Source of the DNA: the human T2T-CHM13v2.0 reference genome, Homo sapiens
Length of the DNA stretch: 64,000 nucleotides
Assembly (NCBI RefSeq): GCF_009914755.1
Contig: NC_060937.1
Strand: one strand, 5' to 3'
Made by a program: the position numbers and the translations under genes. This document shows positions 26,076-41,600 of the stretch, piece by piece. The notes under the pieces were generated by a model, which was given only the letters and a program-made list of their open reading frames with translations, was not told the origin of the DNA and searched no databases. Every line of letters starts with the position of its first letter. The stretch's first letter is position 1.

Positions 26076-27949
26076 CCATGATTGAACAGCACCCATGATG
26101 GAAAAAGTTGGAATTCACTTAAAATTGTGTCAATAATCATACACTAGAATTTCATTAATTTCTCAAAAGTAGTTCAGTTTATTGAATCAACTACATTGTT
26201 GATTAAAAGTATACCAAAAGGAGTTTTGAAATAGCAAAATGTATCTACCTGCTTCTTTAAAAAATTACCCTTGTAAAAAAGTGAAGAAACACAACAACAA
26301 ATGACATATTTGCTACAATTTGTCAAGATCTATAATCCCCCCAAGTTTAAAATGAAAATGAGATGGAAAAGGTAAATGATACTACAAAGCAAAAGAAGGT
26401 CAAAGGTAAATGCTTACAGAGGGGGATCAAACCAGTAGCTGATTTATTTTAAAATCATAGAAAATTGAATAGTAAGGATAATAAAACATGGAACATAAAG
26501 CTGGGGAGAAGGGCTGGAAACAAGTAGATTATTTGAAATTTTTTATTAGAAGAAGTTAGACCTTCAGATACCTTTACCATATGTGTATAGATTGCTTGCA
26601 TGTATTCCTTCCCTAGGAGAGATTATATATTTTATCTAGAGAAATTTCACTTGGATTACCATAAAATCAGTTTCTCTAGACAGAGAGGAGGGTAGACATA
26701 AATGTCTAAGTAAAAATATGAAGACATATCAATGTCTATATCCTAAACATTAAGACTTATAGCTCCCTTTCCACACCTATGTCACATTTGCTGGTAGCCC
26801 AGCAATACAACAGACTGGTAATTAAAAGGTCTTTCTCTGAAGAAGTTTAATGTTCTGGAGAAAATACCTCCACAATCTGATGTTTGGAAATTTCCAAAAC
26901 ATAGGTTGGACATCAGTTTGTTGCCCATTGGCAACATATTCCATACTCTTAGAACTTGTACTCAGCTTTAATGCCTAATTTATATGTGTAAGTTGACAAT
27001 AAATGGTCACCAGACATATGAAAAAAAAAGGGTCCTATCCCTTCCACTCGATCATATTAGAATAGAATGCAGAGTTCTTTGCTTCCAATGGAGGCCAGAT
27101 AAGTTTCTACTGGACCAATCTCTCATTGATAGAACTATACACTTTGGACAAAATATTTTTAAAACTATCCAAGGGTATTAGAGAGTAGACAAAAGCAAGC
27201 AGATACTACAGAAGACTTCACACTTGGAACAAAGAATGGCACGAAGCAAGTTTTCCATTTTTAAAGATGTCTTTGTGCTAATTTCAGGCTGAAGTCTGCA
27301 GTACAGGGTGATTACTTAAGACTTTTATGTTTTAGAAAGTTTTTTTCTTCTATTTAAATATTTTTATTTTTAAGGAAAGGTAGAGTTGCATTTCAGTGAA
27401 GCCAGGAAGTCCTTTTGGATAAGAATTTGGAAGGAAAAAATAAATATAATGCCCTGTAAAGAAACTGTTGTGTTTGCATAGGTGTATAAATTATAGAGAA
27501 AAGAAGTTAATTTTATGGAAAACTAACTTTATTATTTAATTAAATCAAATAAACCACTATATTATCGTGTGCCATACTCTTCTCTAAATGCTTTACAAAT
27601 ATTAACTCATCTAATTAACCCTATGAGTTCGACACTCTTAAATATACATCTTACACATGAACATATGAAAGTACTGAGAGGTTAAGTAACATCCTCAAGG
27701 TATCAAAACTAGCAAGTGGCAGAGCCCTCTTGGGTTCCGTTATGAATAGATTATCCGATAATCTAGCCAAACATTACTCCCTTCTCAATTTCTTTCATAA
27801 TGTTAATATATTGTGCATCATGGGGCCATGGCAATGTCTCAGTGCAAAGATTATGAGTAGATTCTCCTTTACTCAAAACTTTGATTTGCCTAGACAAGGC
27901 TCTTTTACTTTTGGGCTTCAGAACTACTCAACTTGGGGGCATATGACAT

Positions 27950-28437
27950 TGCTAAAGAAAAATTACCCAATGATACTTGCTAAACTATGGTAAGGGAGAC
28001 TTCATTCAGGACCATGGGGATAGGTATAGGGACCACTGCAATAGGGTCTTGCAGTTGGGGAGTGTGAGTTCAACTCTCAATATAGTGTGGACAAGTGAGA
28101 ATTCATAGACAAGGTGCAGATTCGGGGATCAGTGGATGAACAAATACTAAGAGGAAACTTCAAGGATAAGGGGGATTCTGGTTAAACTGACCTAACAGGA
28201 TTTTTGCTGAAGACAGGCTAGAGTGATCAGACATTATTTGGGGGATGGTGGATGACGAAGAACCTGATTAGACATTGAAGATGATCATATATCAAGGATG
28301 GGGCTCTGGGATTCTTACTAAACTAACTTACCAAGATTCTTTGCTCAAACTGAATTTTACAAGGAAGTACAGAGATGGGCCTAGGAGAAGTTTCCGAAGA
28401 CTGACTAGCGTATGGCCAGGCAAATAATCTTTGTTGA
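27950..28437 (-). mobile_element. ERV1 solo LTR, MER31-like
   Basis: Reverse complement contains ttctcctaggcccatctctgtacttccttgtaaaattcagttt, matching recalled MER31. Length about 490 bp. Confidence 0.65.
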
Positions 28438-31400
28438 TGTTTAATTAAAATGCCAGACTATTTTCTATGATAGGTCTTATCACAAATGTACTCTGCACTC
28501 CTTTTATATATTATCATTTTGCACTCAACTTGGGCCAGTGACCAGCCTTGGCAGGAGAAAAGGGTTGAGTTCCTGGCAGAGGTTCACGTGACCTCTGCTT
28601 TCCTCTGCAGACCCACCAGGCACTTTGCTAGCACATCTACAAATAGAGCCCTCTCCTTCCTCTTTCATCTTAGAGCTCGCCAGCCTTTCATAAGCTTTCC
28701 TTTTCTCAGGCCTTAAGAATCTCCCAGATTTCTTTGATTGCTAGTCCCTTTCTGAGAGTCGCTTCTCCACCTCTTCCTGCCTTTTGTCTTTCCTTTTCTG
28801 TTTTTTTTTCTTTTCATCTCTTTCCTCACTACCCTTCACACAGAGACTCAAAGGTTGCCCCACCACTTGGCCCATTGCCAACTTAGCAGTTCTCAGTAAT
28901 ACACTGTAGCTCTCCAGACTGTTTGCTTCAACTGCTTTATTTACATATATATATTTCACCCCCCGACACCACCTCCCCCCTTGGGAGAGCCCTTTGTGGT
29001 GAGAAAAGTCAAGTTTATTTTTGTAAAGGGTTAATGTTTCACAACCTTCTTGGTAATATAAGATTTGTGTCAAACACTTTAACTCATACAGATTCTGTAT
29101 TTCCTTGGCAGGGAGAAAATGTATAAAATAACAAAGGTATCCTATCCTATTCCTCATAATAAACACAACATAAAAATCATATAGTAAATCACAACAAAAT
29201 TATACAGAGAGAAAGCGAGAAACTTCAGACTAATTTGGTATTAAAATTATAGATTAACCTTAAGGAAAATTAACCTGAATTTCTGAATGCCTATAGTCTA
29301 ATGAGAAAAAGGTCTGACACCTTTTAAATTTTTCCATATAGTCTCACCTTTTATATATTTTTAACACTAAAATACCTCTGGATAAAAATACACATGCATT
29401 CTATTTATATAAAGTATTTTTTCCCTTTAATTAATTCTTGCAATCTACAATGATAGGCAAGTCAGGTATAATTTTTCTCTTTGTTATTGCACTCAGACAC
29501 TCATGCAAAAATAGTAAAATGTTTTATTTTTATTTTTTTTTACTTTACTGAAATTGGTGGCTTACATCATACTGAGGGGCCCACATGAATATTTGTTTTT
29601 AAATTAGGACCATATTCTCAATTCGCTACACAATAAAGGGATTATACATTTAAAAGAACTGTATGCAATCAAGAAGAAATTTTAATTAATCACAAATAGA
29701 ACTGGCCCAATGGAAATAATTTGACCCGACAGTTTGAGGTTTGATCAGCACAACACAGAGATTAAGAAGACTTTTGACCTGAACAGAGTCGGAGTTGGTT
29801 CAAGTCTGGAACTTTAGAAAGGGAACACTAATGGGTTCAAATCACACAATATCATTGTTTCCCATAATGCTACCATCCCATTAGCAACCAGTGAGAAACT
29901 TGCTTAGTTTTCTGTAGAAACCATCCAGTAGCATATATAGCTCTTGTCCACAATGAAGCAACAGAGATTACGCCACAACAAACTATACTCTTTCTCTCAT
30001 GTTCTCTATATGCAAAAACTGAGCCAGCTGCTTTGAAGCACTAATTGACTGTCGGTATCAATTAGGGGCCTGACTGCTTTCTAACTTACATTTATGTCTC
30101 CACAGTAACCACATTGGTATTTGGGGGAGATTGGGGGTACTTACTGAAAAGTCCTTAAATATGTACAACATAAAAGAATAACTGAGGTTTTGGAAAAGCT
30201 AGTTAGAACAGGGCCCAGCAACTCTTATTTTTTTAACAGCATCTTTGTGTTGAAAGCTGAAAGTTTTACTAAAATGGAATTCTTTATTAGAGTAGCAATA
30301 TCAATATATAAATAAATGGATTATACAGCAAAAATACCAGCCCAAGAGAAAGAAAAAACTTAAAAAATAGGAGCACGGAGAGTGAAGAACTCCAATGATG
30401 ACTTCTGTCGTAAGAACAATAGATTAAAAAAAACATGACGTAGAGTAAAAGGCAGAATATGTGGTGGGAAGAATTTGACTCTAATGCTAGAGAAACACAA
30501 GTTTGCTTCTTGCTTGCCACTTGCTAGCTGGTATAACTTTTAGAGACTGAGTCCCAGTTTTCTCGTATGTTAAACTGAGATATTGATGTCACCTTTGCAG
30601 GTATGTTGGGGGAAATTAAATCAACTAAAGCTTATAGAAGACAATGAGTCATTTCTGGTACATAGTAGGTGCTCTGTAAATATCAGGTATTATCATCATC
30701 ATCATGATGTCAGGGCCTGGAAAAGAGAAAATGCAAGTATAATATAAATAATGCCTAACATTGAAAATAAACAAAAAAATCCATCACTTTGAAAAAAAAA
30801 TGGTAGACTTATTCTGTTACCTCGAATACCAAACTAAATCCATTGCATTGAATTATGATGAGAAATTTAATTCCATAAGAGCAAGTACTTTTCTAACAAT
30901 TAGAACAGCATGGAATCTGAAATTAACCTGATTGTGGATAACCACCTATCAGATTGTTAGAGATAGGATGATGCCTATATTGAGATAAAATGGACCTAGA
31001 GTTTTTATTAAGTAAGATATTTTATAATTATAGTATTTCTCACTAAAAAGAAATATATGGATTGGTGGGCTTCCTGAAATTATTACAGGATAAATATTAA
31101 TAATTAGAAAGTTCACGGCTATATTATGATGACAGAAAATATAACACTAATCTATAAGAAATGAAATTGGTATAGAATTACAGTAAACAGGGATTAAAAT
31201 ATCTTGGATACTTACTATTATAGTTTGATATTCTGGAATTGTACATGATATACATCAAGGAATAGTAGCAATTAAACATTGAGCCATCAAAATGATGAAC
31301 AAATAACAATTAAACATAGAGTTTATATAGTTTCCAGATTACTAAAATGAAAGGAGTACTGAAATTTTACTTAAAGCAAATTGTGGCCCTTGAACATTGG

Positions 31401-31589
31401 TCAGTAACAATTTTCATGTTATATTATTAGAGTTTTGGAAAAGATCGTTCTTTAGAAAATCTGTAAATGTTGCAACAATATGTTTATTGTAAACAAGAAA
31501 AATACATAATAATTGCATTCACTCTAAGACTAATTAAAAACTTGTGTGATAAGCCTGTTTAATAAAACTTTACATAATCAGAAACAAGA

Positions 31590-31986
31590 TATTCTGTTCT
31601 TGCACTGCTATGAAGAAATACCTGAGACTGGGTAATTTGTAAAGAAAAGAGATTTAATTGGTGCATGGTTCCACAGGCTATACGGGAAGCATGTCTGGGG
31701 TGGCCTCTGGAAACATACAATCATGGTGGAAGGCAAATGGGAAGCAGGCACATCTTCACATGGCTAAAACAGGAGGAAAAGAGAGAGATGAGATGGCAAA
31801 CGTGCTACACACTTTTAAACAACCAGATCTTGTGAGCACCTACTCACTATCACTAGAGCAGCACCAAGGGGGGAATCCAACCCCCATGATCCTATCACCT
31901 TCCACCAGGCCCTACTTCCAACACTGGGGATTACAATTGACATGAGATTTGGGTGGGAACACAGATCCAAAAACAAACCGTATCAC
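31590..31986 (-). mobile_element. MST solo LTR
   Basis: gaaatacctgagactgggtaattt...catgagatttgggtgggaacacagatccaa...cgtatca. Confidence 0.88.
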
Positions 31987-34900
31987 AAGATGTTTTTGAT
32001 CCTGTTGGTAGGAAACAACCACAAGATATCAGTGCAGATTATTTCTTCACTTCAGAGAGAACACTTCATTTTAGGGTTCTGAAATTAAGCATGCCATTTT
32101 CATATAACAAATGCACAAGTAAAAATGTACCCTGAGCCATCAATGATTCAATCATTAATGATTCAATCAATGAGTCAATCATTTACTGATGATTATGAAA
32201 ACAAGAGGTAGGATGTTTTAATATATGGAGCATAAGACTAAGTGGTAAAAAATAGGTTCTAGTCATGATTCTGACACTCTTTAGGTCTGACATTGGGAAA
32301 ATCACTTAAACTCTTTGATTGCAATTTCTTCATTCATTAAATTATAGCATTGGGCAGTATAATCCCTAAGGTCTTCTCAGATTAGAAATTTTTCTAATCT
32401 CAGATGAATAAATCTTTGATTACAATCCATTATCCTAACTAGGATCAACTGTTATTAATTGTAATATATTTGTACAGAGATACGTAATTTATTAGAACTC
32501 CTACTGAAAATTAATTCCTAACTTCAAAAATGTTATATTGTGTTTCCCTGACAAATCCATGGGTAGGAGATCAGAGCTTGGAAACGATTTCTCTTTTGAA
32601 TCAAAAGCTTTAGGTTTCTATAACTCACGTATTTTAGTTAGAAAATTGGTGAAGCCAAATCTCCACTCTGATTTCCTGGGCTTTGCCAAAAGGATAAAGA
32701 GATTCACTGGGTAAGTTGGTAGTGTCTTTCCCCCAGGACTGCTATAAAGCATCATGGTCTTTGCTATGTAACTTCTCCTGAACCCTTCTTTAAAATACAG
32801 AGTCTACTGACTTCCTTAAGTTTAAGGTCAACATTACTCACTGAAGCAACTCCAGATCTGAAGAGAGTTTCCAAAATGCAAAAGTTTATCTGGGAGAAGA
32901 TAGATATTTTTCAACATAATTTAAACATTACCTCTATGTTGTTCAAGACTGTGATATATTGATTTCCTCATTGTACTTTTTTGTTTATGGATAATAGAGT
33001 CATTGAGAGACAGTATTCCTAAACAAAGAGAAAATAAATGGCAATGCAAAATAGCATAGGAAAACTTATTGGTATTTTACAGTTGAAAGATATCTTTTTT
33101 TTCTCCAACGTTCTGGCTTAAATTTTTCTTAGTATTTTCTAATTTCTTCTGGTTTAGAATTACTTTGAACTATACTTCACTATAGCTTCCTTCTACAAGA
33201 CTCAGACAGTGCATAAGATTAACAAAAATCTGCTTATTATATTTTCACATGTCCAAGGCCAAACTAATTGCAGGTAACAATAAAGAAACATTGGTATTGA
33301 CTTAAAAGAGTCATGGTTTACTCTCTGAGTCTGGGGATATTCTCATTGTGTGTGAAGACCCTGGCTTTGCAAAAGAGGGAGGATAATGAATTAAATTAGA
33401 AGGGAATAAGGTGGGAATAGTTCTTAGGTAACTACCTGATAGATTTGTTTCTCAGTTGTGCAAACCAGAGAAAGAAAACCTGTGGGATAATTGGTATAAG
33501 CAAAGAGCATTATCATCATCCATCTCCCATTCTGAAAACAAGATGTATTTTGAATTGAAAAAACTATCCTCTAGATCTATGCTTCTTAAATTAGTTATGC
33601 AATTACAAAAGAAAGCATGATTCATTGAAGTTTAGATGAAATCTTCTGATTTCATAGGATATTGTGAGCCAATTATGCTATTGCTGTTTATATGTTTATA
33701 ATAGCATAGGATATGCTCTCAGGAACACAATGTATATTATATTTATGTAGTCAATATAATTAGAACCCAGAGAACAATTTAACCCATATTCAATAGGTCT
33801 TGATGCCTAGAATGTGGTTTATTTTACTCCTGCAGAATAAAACATAAAAAATGTAGAGCTTCAAATTTGTTTAACAAAGGGAGGATGTGGTTAATCTTAA
33901 AAAAATATATGTCACATTATTTTCTGAATTTTATGAAGAGTATTAGGCAGTGATTAAATAAAAGATTGACTGACACTACTTTATACAAATCTAATGCAAT
34001 TATTCAAACCATTCAATAATATTAGAAGTAGAATGTCCCGTTTAGAGAGCTTTATAAACCAAGCTCAGGCCAGGTGCTTTAGCTAGCCACATTCAGTTTT
34101 CAATCTCTGGTTGTGCACTTATACAATGCATAAGAATTAGTTGAAAGGATTAATATTTTAGATATTCAATATAGTTTTGTAAATTGATTTAGGTAAAGGA
34201 CTGTATAACTTTGCATTGAGTTTACTTGCATTTTGGTGTTGTGAAAACACGTAAACATCTCAACATATGTTGGTAAAAGAAAAGATAGAAACAATGGTTT
34301 TATACCTGGCACTTAGAAGCCATCACATATCTGAATAAGATATCTGAACCCCATTTTTAATGAAATTTTAGCATGTGCTTTTGATACCTCATGTATTTTC
34401 CTCAGGCCCACCTCTGATGTGAACTGCAGCTGCATTAGAAAAATCCCATGTTTGCTGATAGCATCCCACATCACATGCTCAACACATATTTCTCTAATTT
34501 TCTGCCTCAGGTACTTCTCAGGATTCTGTTCAGCCCACATGGAAATGCAGCCTGAAAGCTTGGAGGGACAATTTTCTGAAATATTCTATGTGGGTCTCGG
34601 CTGACAAGATGTAAAAAGCTCAACCTTGTATTGACTCTTCTCCTGAATCTGTCTTACTAGCCCTGTTGCTTCACTTTTTCTCCCTTAGATTGCTTCCATA
34701 TAAACTACCTGCTTGTTTTAAGCTCCATTTTTTTTTTCATGAATGCAAAGGAATATGAAAACTTTTTGAAACTTATTATATAATATTATTTATTCTTTAA
34801 ACATTTATTGAACACCTATAATGTGCTAGACCCTGTGGTAATTCCTGGAAATGCAAGGAGAAAATGGTCATTTCCTGTGAAATCAGGTAGAATACAGCCC

Positions 34901-36096
34901 AACAGTAAAACATGACACTAACTAAGTGAAATCATAGTTTAGGGCTATGATAGACCCTCCATGGTGGCACACAGGATGAGAGTGCCTTTTTTGTAAAGTA
35001 AGGGGGAGAATTTAGATACGGTGGAGACTACATAAAAGAAATTGAGACTTGAATTAATATAATTCTAGGGCACAGAGCAGGAGAAGGCTAGAAAAAGAAG
35101 TCAGAGAAAAGTTAGAATATAAAATAGTCTTACATGCTTGTCCCAGGAAATTTAAGAAATTTTCTAAGAGTATTACCTAGAAAGGTAATTTGGAAAGAGA
35201 TCATCAAATATCTTATTTCTGGGTTTGTTAGATAAATGAGAATAAATAAATTAATCTATTCTGTGATCCTAAGTTATTTTAACTGAAGACCGACATGTAT
35301 GTTGAATGTATGCATCAAAACCTGTATACTAAGGTTTATTACCTAATGGAATAAAATGAAGAGCTCAAACACAACTTATTTTGCATTCTGGATGGGTTAG
35401 GGTAGCTGAATAAAGGACTTCAGAGCAGGCACTTTAACGACTTTGGTTTCTATGCACTAATATGTCATGTGGACGTAGCTATTAATACAGAAAGAAGACA
35501 AACATATCCTTTATAAAAATGTACAAATGCTCATCTACCTTTTTAGGCAAGAACAATTTCCAAGGCTTGATTGCCTTCTAGAGAAAGACATTTTTACCTT
35601 AATTTGACCATAATGTCTTGGAGAAAAGTTTCTTGAAGATGTATACCTATGTGATGGGCATTTTAGTATGTATGTGTATGTGTGTCTGTGTGTGTCCAGG
35701 ACAAGAATGTGAAAACTGTAGACCATGGGAAATAGGAGATAACATACCTTTACCACACAATGGTGGAGGGACCTCAAAAGGGAATACTCTTGGCAGTCCC
35801 ATCCTCACAAACCTCGATCACCATGTGTTCTCATTTCAGACTCCAATACTCAAAACTGTGGAAGTTGTACTCCTGTGTGTTTCTGAGACAGTTTTATTTT
35901 TCCGGATGAAAAAAGGGTTGTCTGGCCTATGCTAACACCATCTCTGTTGGTAATACATGGAGTATCCTGATGGATTTGGAAGTTTAAATCATGAAAAATT
36001 GAGGGAGGAAGATTAGAGCAGAGTTCAAGACCAGGAACGCTAAGGAAGGGGCACAGCATTGTGGGAAAGGATGTGAGAATCCAGCAGAAGTGCTTA

Positions 36097-36432
<336 letters not shown>

Positions 36433-38081
36433 AAAACAATAAGAAATTTTAAAAAAGTGACAGGCAGGTGCCAAGATATGTGAAGCTCCTTTGGTTTCTG
36501 GTTACAATTATTGCTCTCATGATTATATATCTTTATTATTTGCCATGCCCGCTCCTTATTGGTCAGTTGCTAGCTCTAATAGACAAGAAAGATTAGAGAA
36601 TTATTTACATAAGACCTCACATATAGTTGCTGCTCATTATATATTAGTGGCATCAATATCTAGCTTAGTTATCGATTAAAATAAGTTTGTGATATCTACC
36701 TGCAAAAGATAACCAAAATATTCTTATCCATTTAGCATCTGGGCCTCTACATTCCCTGTGTCACTCTGTGCCCCTGCAGCCACAGTGTCAAGGCCTATAG
36801 CTGCTCATGGAGTGCTGACAGACTCGCATCCAGCAAGTCTTTGTCTTTTCATACTTAACACATAGAAAGATGGTATTAAATGGATAAATCATATGATTTT
36901 AAAATAGCACAAGTCCAGTTTAACTGGGAATGTTTTCCTTGAGGAAGCTTTATTCTTACAAAATTTCAGATAGAGACCATTCTTTGTGGGAACTTACACA
37001 CTTCTTATAGTTATTTTGGGAACAGATAATTTTCTTTTGTCTCTCGAAGTGACTAGGGAATGAAATATTATACTCTATTTAGCATAACTAAATTAAAAGT
37101 GGTGGAATTGTTGGAATGACAGTAAATAATTTCTATATGTATTGTCCATATGTGATATTCATTAAATTCTGCAAGCAAACCACTAAGGCACAGTTGAGTG
37201 AAAACACATTTTAATACTTGCTCAACTCCTTACTGTTGTGAAACTGTGAACTTATACCTTTTCTATTATATCCTAATGTTTTTAACACCTAACTCAGAAG
37301 GATGATTTGATAATATGAGGAAAACAGCTTGAAATAGTCATGGTTTAATAAATGATGTTGTCTTCTAACTTCCATTTTTGTTTAATAATTTATTTAATAA
37401 GATGTCTATTTTTATTATGTATTTGTCAATTTTCTTTTACTATGGTAAGTATAATTTGGATATCAAAATATATAAAATTCCTAACATATTTAATAAGATC
37501 TCTTGTTTTATTAAAATCATTTTCAATTTATATATTTCTTAACTTATCCAACAGACAACACTACAGCGTTGAAATTTATACATAGGTAAAGTAAAGCCAG
37601 AATAATAAAACGAAGGTGAATATTATTAAATGAGCAATGTAGAATCCAAATTTATTCAATATAATTCCAGAAGACTCCTTTTGGAACAAAAGATGGCAAA
37701 TATTCGTGATTTGTGGTTCATGTTATGTCTTAGACTTGCTAATGTAGAAAATTTGAATATATGACTTGTCAAACATTGATCATATTCATTGTTTTAGCAT
37801 CTCATAACTGGAAATTTGATAAAATGGTAGTTGAATATGACTTTGATAATGGATTGATATTTTATATCAAGACTTTATTGACTCTAGCTAATAATTAAAC
37901 ACCTACATGCAAGATACTGCATTAAGCACTGTAGAAGATATTTTTAAAAACCAAACCTAAGACATTAAATAAAATTGAAATCACAAAAATCAAAGTTTAA
38001 GGGAAAGATACCAGATTTGCACAAGTGTGGATAATTGTAATCATATATGTATTTAGTATAAATTTTGCTTTCACTGATCTA

Positions 38082-38692
38082 TTTTTTTTTTTAATTTTAC
38101 TTTAAGTTCTGGGATACATGTGCAGAATGTGCAGGTTTGTTACATAGGTAAATGTGTGCCACGGAGGTTTGGTGCACCTGTCAACCTGTCACCTAGGTAT
38201 TGAGCCCCGCATGCATTACCTATTTGTCCTGATGCTCTCCCTCCCCTCCCCTTCCCCTGACAGGTCCCAGTGTGTGTGTTGTTCCTGTCCCTGTGTCCAT
38301 TTGTTCTCATTGTCCAGTTCCCACTTATGAGTGAGAACATGTGGCGTTTGGTTTTCTGTTCTTGTGTTTGTTGAGGATGATGGCTTCCAGCTTTATCTAT
38401 GTCCCTGCAAAGGATATGATCTCGTTCCTTTTTATGGCTGCATAGTATTCCATGGTATATATGTACCACATTTTCTTTATCCAGTCTATCATCCATAGGC
38501 ATTTGGGTTGGTTCCATGTCTTTGCTATTGTGAATAATGCTGCAATAAACATACATGTGCATGTATCTTTATAATAGAATGATTTATAATCCTTTGGGTA
38601 TATACCCAATAATGGGATTGCTGGGTCAAATGGCATTTCTGGTTCCTTGAGGAATCGCCACACTGTCTTTCACAATAGTTGAACTAATTTGT
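38082..38692 (-). mobile_element. 5'-truncated L1 3' end (older L1PA)
   Basis: T tail, 3'UTR, and ORF2 C-terminus FDPAIPLLGIYPK...YTMEYYAAIK. Confidence 0.9.
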
Positions 38693-41600
38693 GTTCCTAT
38701 GGGTAGGATCTGTTAAAGCCAATATATAAACTCATTTCAAATAGGGAAATTCAAGGCTCCAGTTTTCTAAGCAGGAAAGCCACACTTTTTCAGATAAAAA
38801 ATTACTTTTTCAGAAATCCCACAGGAGTTGGAGACAGTGATGCTATTTTGGAAGGTATAACAATTACTGTCACAGAGAATGGTTTTAATTCCCAATAGAT
38901 GTGGCATTAACACCTTCCATGAAACATAGCAACTGTTTACACCAGTGCATAGCAACAAAACACAACAGAAAGCAAGGACTTGCTTCAAGGTCCAGATCTT
39001 TTAAACTTCTATTTTAAGCAAGTTGGATTCATGGAAGTCATTTGCTTGGAACAGTTCTGTAAATGGCAAATAAAACACTCAGTACACATTTGAGTTGCTT
39101 AATCTCAGTGTTTGTAGTCTGAACTATGGATTTTAAAAAGTAGTTTGATATTCCCCATCCTACCCAGATTCATTATATATTTACAGCCAGATATAAATTA
39201 TTTTTTTTCTTTTATTTTTGAAGTCATAATTTTTAACTAGTTTATAAATTTACATTTGAAAAGAAAATAAACATAAAAAATAAGAAAAAAACATGACTAA
39301 CTCTCCCCCTTGTTACCAAGTCCCATGTCTCATGATCTGATGGAATTAATGACTGTTCATGCTACACACTCCAACCCATTTACAGCTTATAGGAGGCCCT
39401 ATGGCTAAAGGTGTCCTGAGACCTGCTTGACAAGGAAAACACAAGGTATCTAGGCTGAGGCAGAAAGTTGCATGACCTTTGATTGTTTATTCTTGGGCCA
39501 TCTCTCTCCTTTCCTCTCTGCTCTGTGTCTTGAACACACCCAAAATTAGGTCTTCAAATTGGCTCTGTGAAGACATTATTGCCACCACCAGTGGACACAA
39601 ATCCTGCAGTTTTCACTGTGAACCCACTGTCATTAGATGGACTGTGGGCATTGCTTCCAGAACCACTTGACAATTATGTCAAAACCAGGACATGACTGTG
39701 ACTGCTGACACTGGCTTACCAGACTGAGGTCTGTAAACCCTTGCTTTCCTTGCCTCACTTGTTTCTATTTTAAAATCCGTGAAGGGTGAATATCTGGCTG
39801 CTGATTTCATGCATTCTTGCCTTTCCTGCCTAGAAAGTTACAAAATTTCTTGCATTTTCAATTTCAGTTGTGGGAGGTGTTCTTGGTCTCTTAAGGTTAG
39901 GGATTTCCTAGGCACAGAAAAATGTAGCCCAAGATAATACCTCTTTTATGATAGAATGGAAAAGAATACCAGACTGGAAGTCAAAAGACAGACTTTACCC
40001 CTAGCTTTGGTCACTTCATTAGTGGTTTAACTATGACTAGTTAGTGTTATTATTTGAGATCTTGTTTTTATTATTATAAAATGAGATTGAAGCACATAAC
40101 TTTCTAGCTCCTGTGTGATACGCTTCTATTATTGATTCTACCTTATATTAATCTGATGTGCTTGTGTACTCCTCCTATCAGTTTCTGTGATCTTTAAGAA
40201 TGACCATACATTAAGAATTTATCACTAGTGACTTGGTAAGTGAAAGAGTGAAATTAATACTAAAATTAATATACTTACCTCATTTCCATCCATTTTTACT
40301 ATGGAAATAAATTTTCAGAGTACTCAAGTTGAGAAATATAATAGACTGTTTTTTATTTTACATATTTACCTAAAGTGTTTTGTTTCATAGATATGAACAA
40401 TACCCAAGAAAAACACACCATTGTCTGGAATGAGCCATCAGAATTTAGAAAGAAACAGAATGAATTGTTTTGTACATAAATTTCCATTTTTTTTCTGTAA
40501 TTTATCTATGTAACACTTATGTGTTTGTCAGTGTGATGGGGAAGATTGGGGCTTACACTTATATGTCTATCAGTGTGATGGGGAAGATCGGGCTGAATCT
40601 AAAAAAAAAAAAAAAAATGACCTTACCTCTTCTCTCTATAATCTTGCTAGGGCTCAAGGATGGAAAATGCATAGAATTTAAGGCAATAATAGTACAGATC
40701 ACTTTGTGCTGCTCACATGTAGGTTTCAAAACTAATAATTATAGCATGATTTTCCTGGACTATCTACTCTGCTTTTCACACATGAATCATTAGGAGATGT
40801 GGAGAACCTCCAGGATTTTTATCCTGCCCATCCATCTCTACCTTTGGTTTGCTTTGACAAGATTTGTGAAAGGGACTTCAGAATCTTAAGCCAATATCTT
40901 ACTTTTGCAAAGGTAAACCCTTCTGTTGGAAATAGATTAAAACCAAAATATCCAATTAATGAGAATCTAAATTTGGTGGTGATAGGAGGTTTTTTTCTTA
41001 GGATCAAGATGACTTCCCATTAAAAGATGCATATGTTTTTAGATTTTAGATTTTACATTGGCAGTGAGTGTCAGACAGATCTGAGTGTTACAGGACTGGC
41101 TGCCCAGATTCTATTTCTTTTCCCTTTCCTTCCTTTCCTCTAATCTTCCTTCCTTTCTTTTTCTCTTCTTCATTTCTATCTTCACCAACTTACAGGAGCA
41201 AAAAAAGGCAGCTTTGGCAGGATAAACATTAAGAAGGGCTTAATGTTGTACCACCCTGAGAACCATTCTATAAATTACTCCCAAATAAACTCTTGTTTTG
41301 TGTGTGTTTGTTTGTCGGGGGTGGGGTGGGGGTGAAGGGCAGTGAGGAAGGGATGAGAAAGGGGATAAATGGAAAAGAATGAAAACTCTAACCATAGTAA
41401 TCTGTTTGCCTTGTCTCCAGAGCATCCAGAGATGCTTCTGTGGTTGTCTGTCCTGGCTAAAGACTCCCAAATAATATTAGGTAAGTCTGATTTCAGATTT
41501 TAGCCACAGGGCATGAATTAACCCACAGGAAGTGGAGTAGAGTTAGTTAACAAACAAAGATAAATGGAAACTCATGCCTGTATCACATGAAGAATTTTCT

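Noticed and set aside
28741-29166. 141-aa minus-strand ORF
   Set aside because: No recognisable domain, a non-ATG start, and a low-complexity K/E/R tail derived from a pyrimidine tract.
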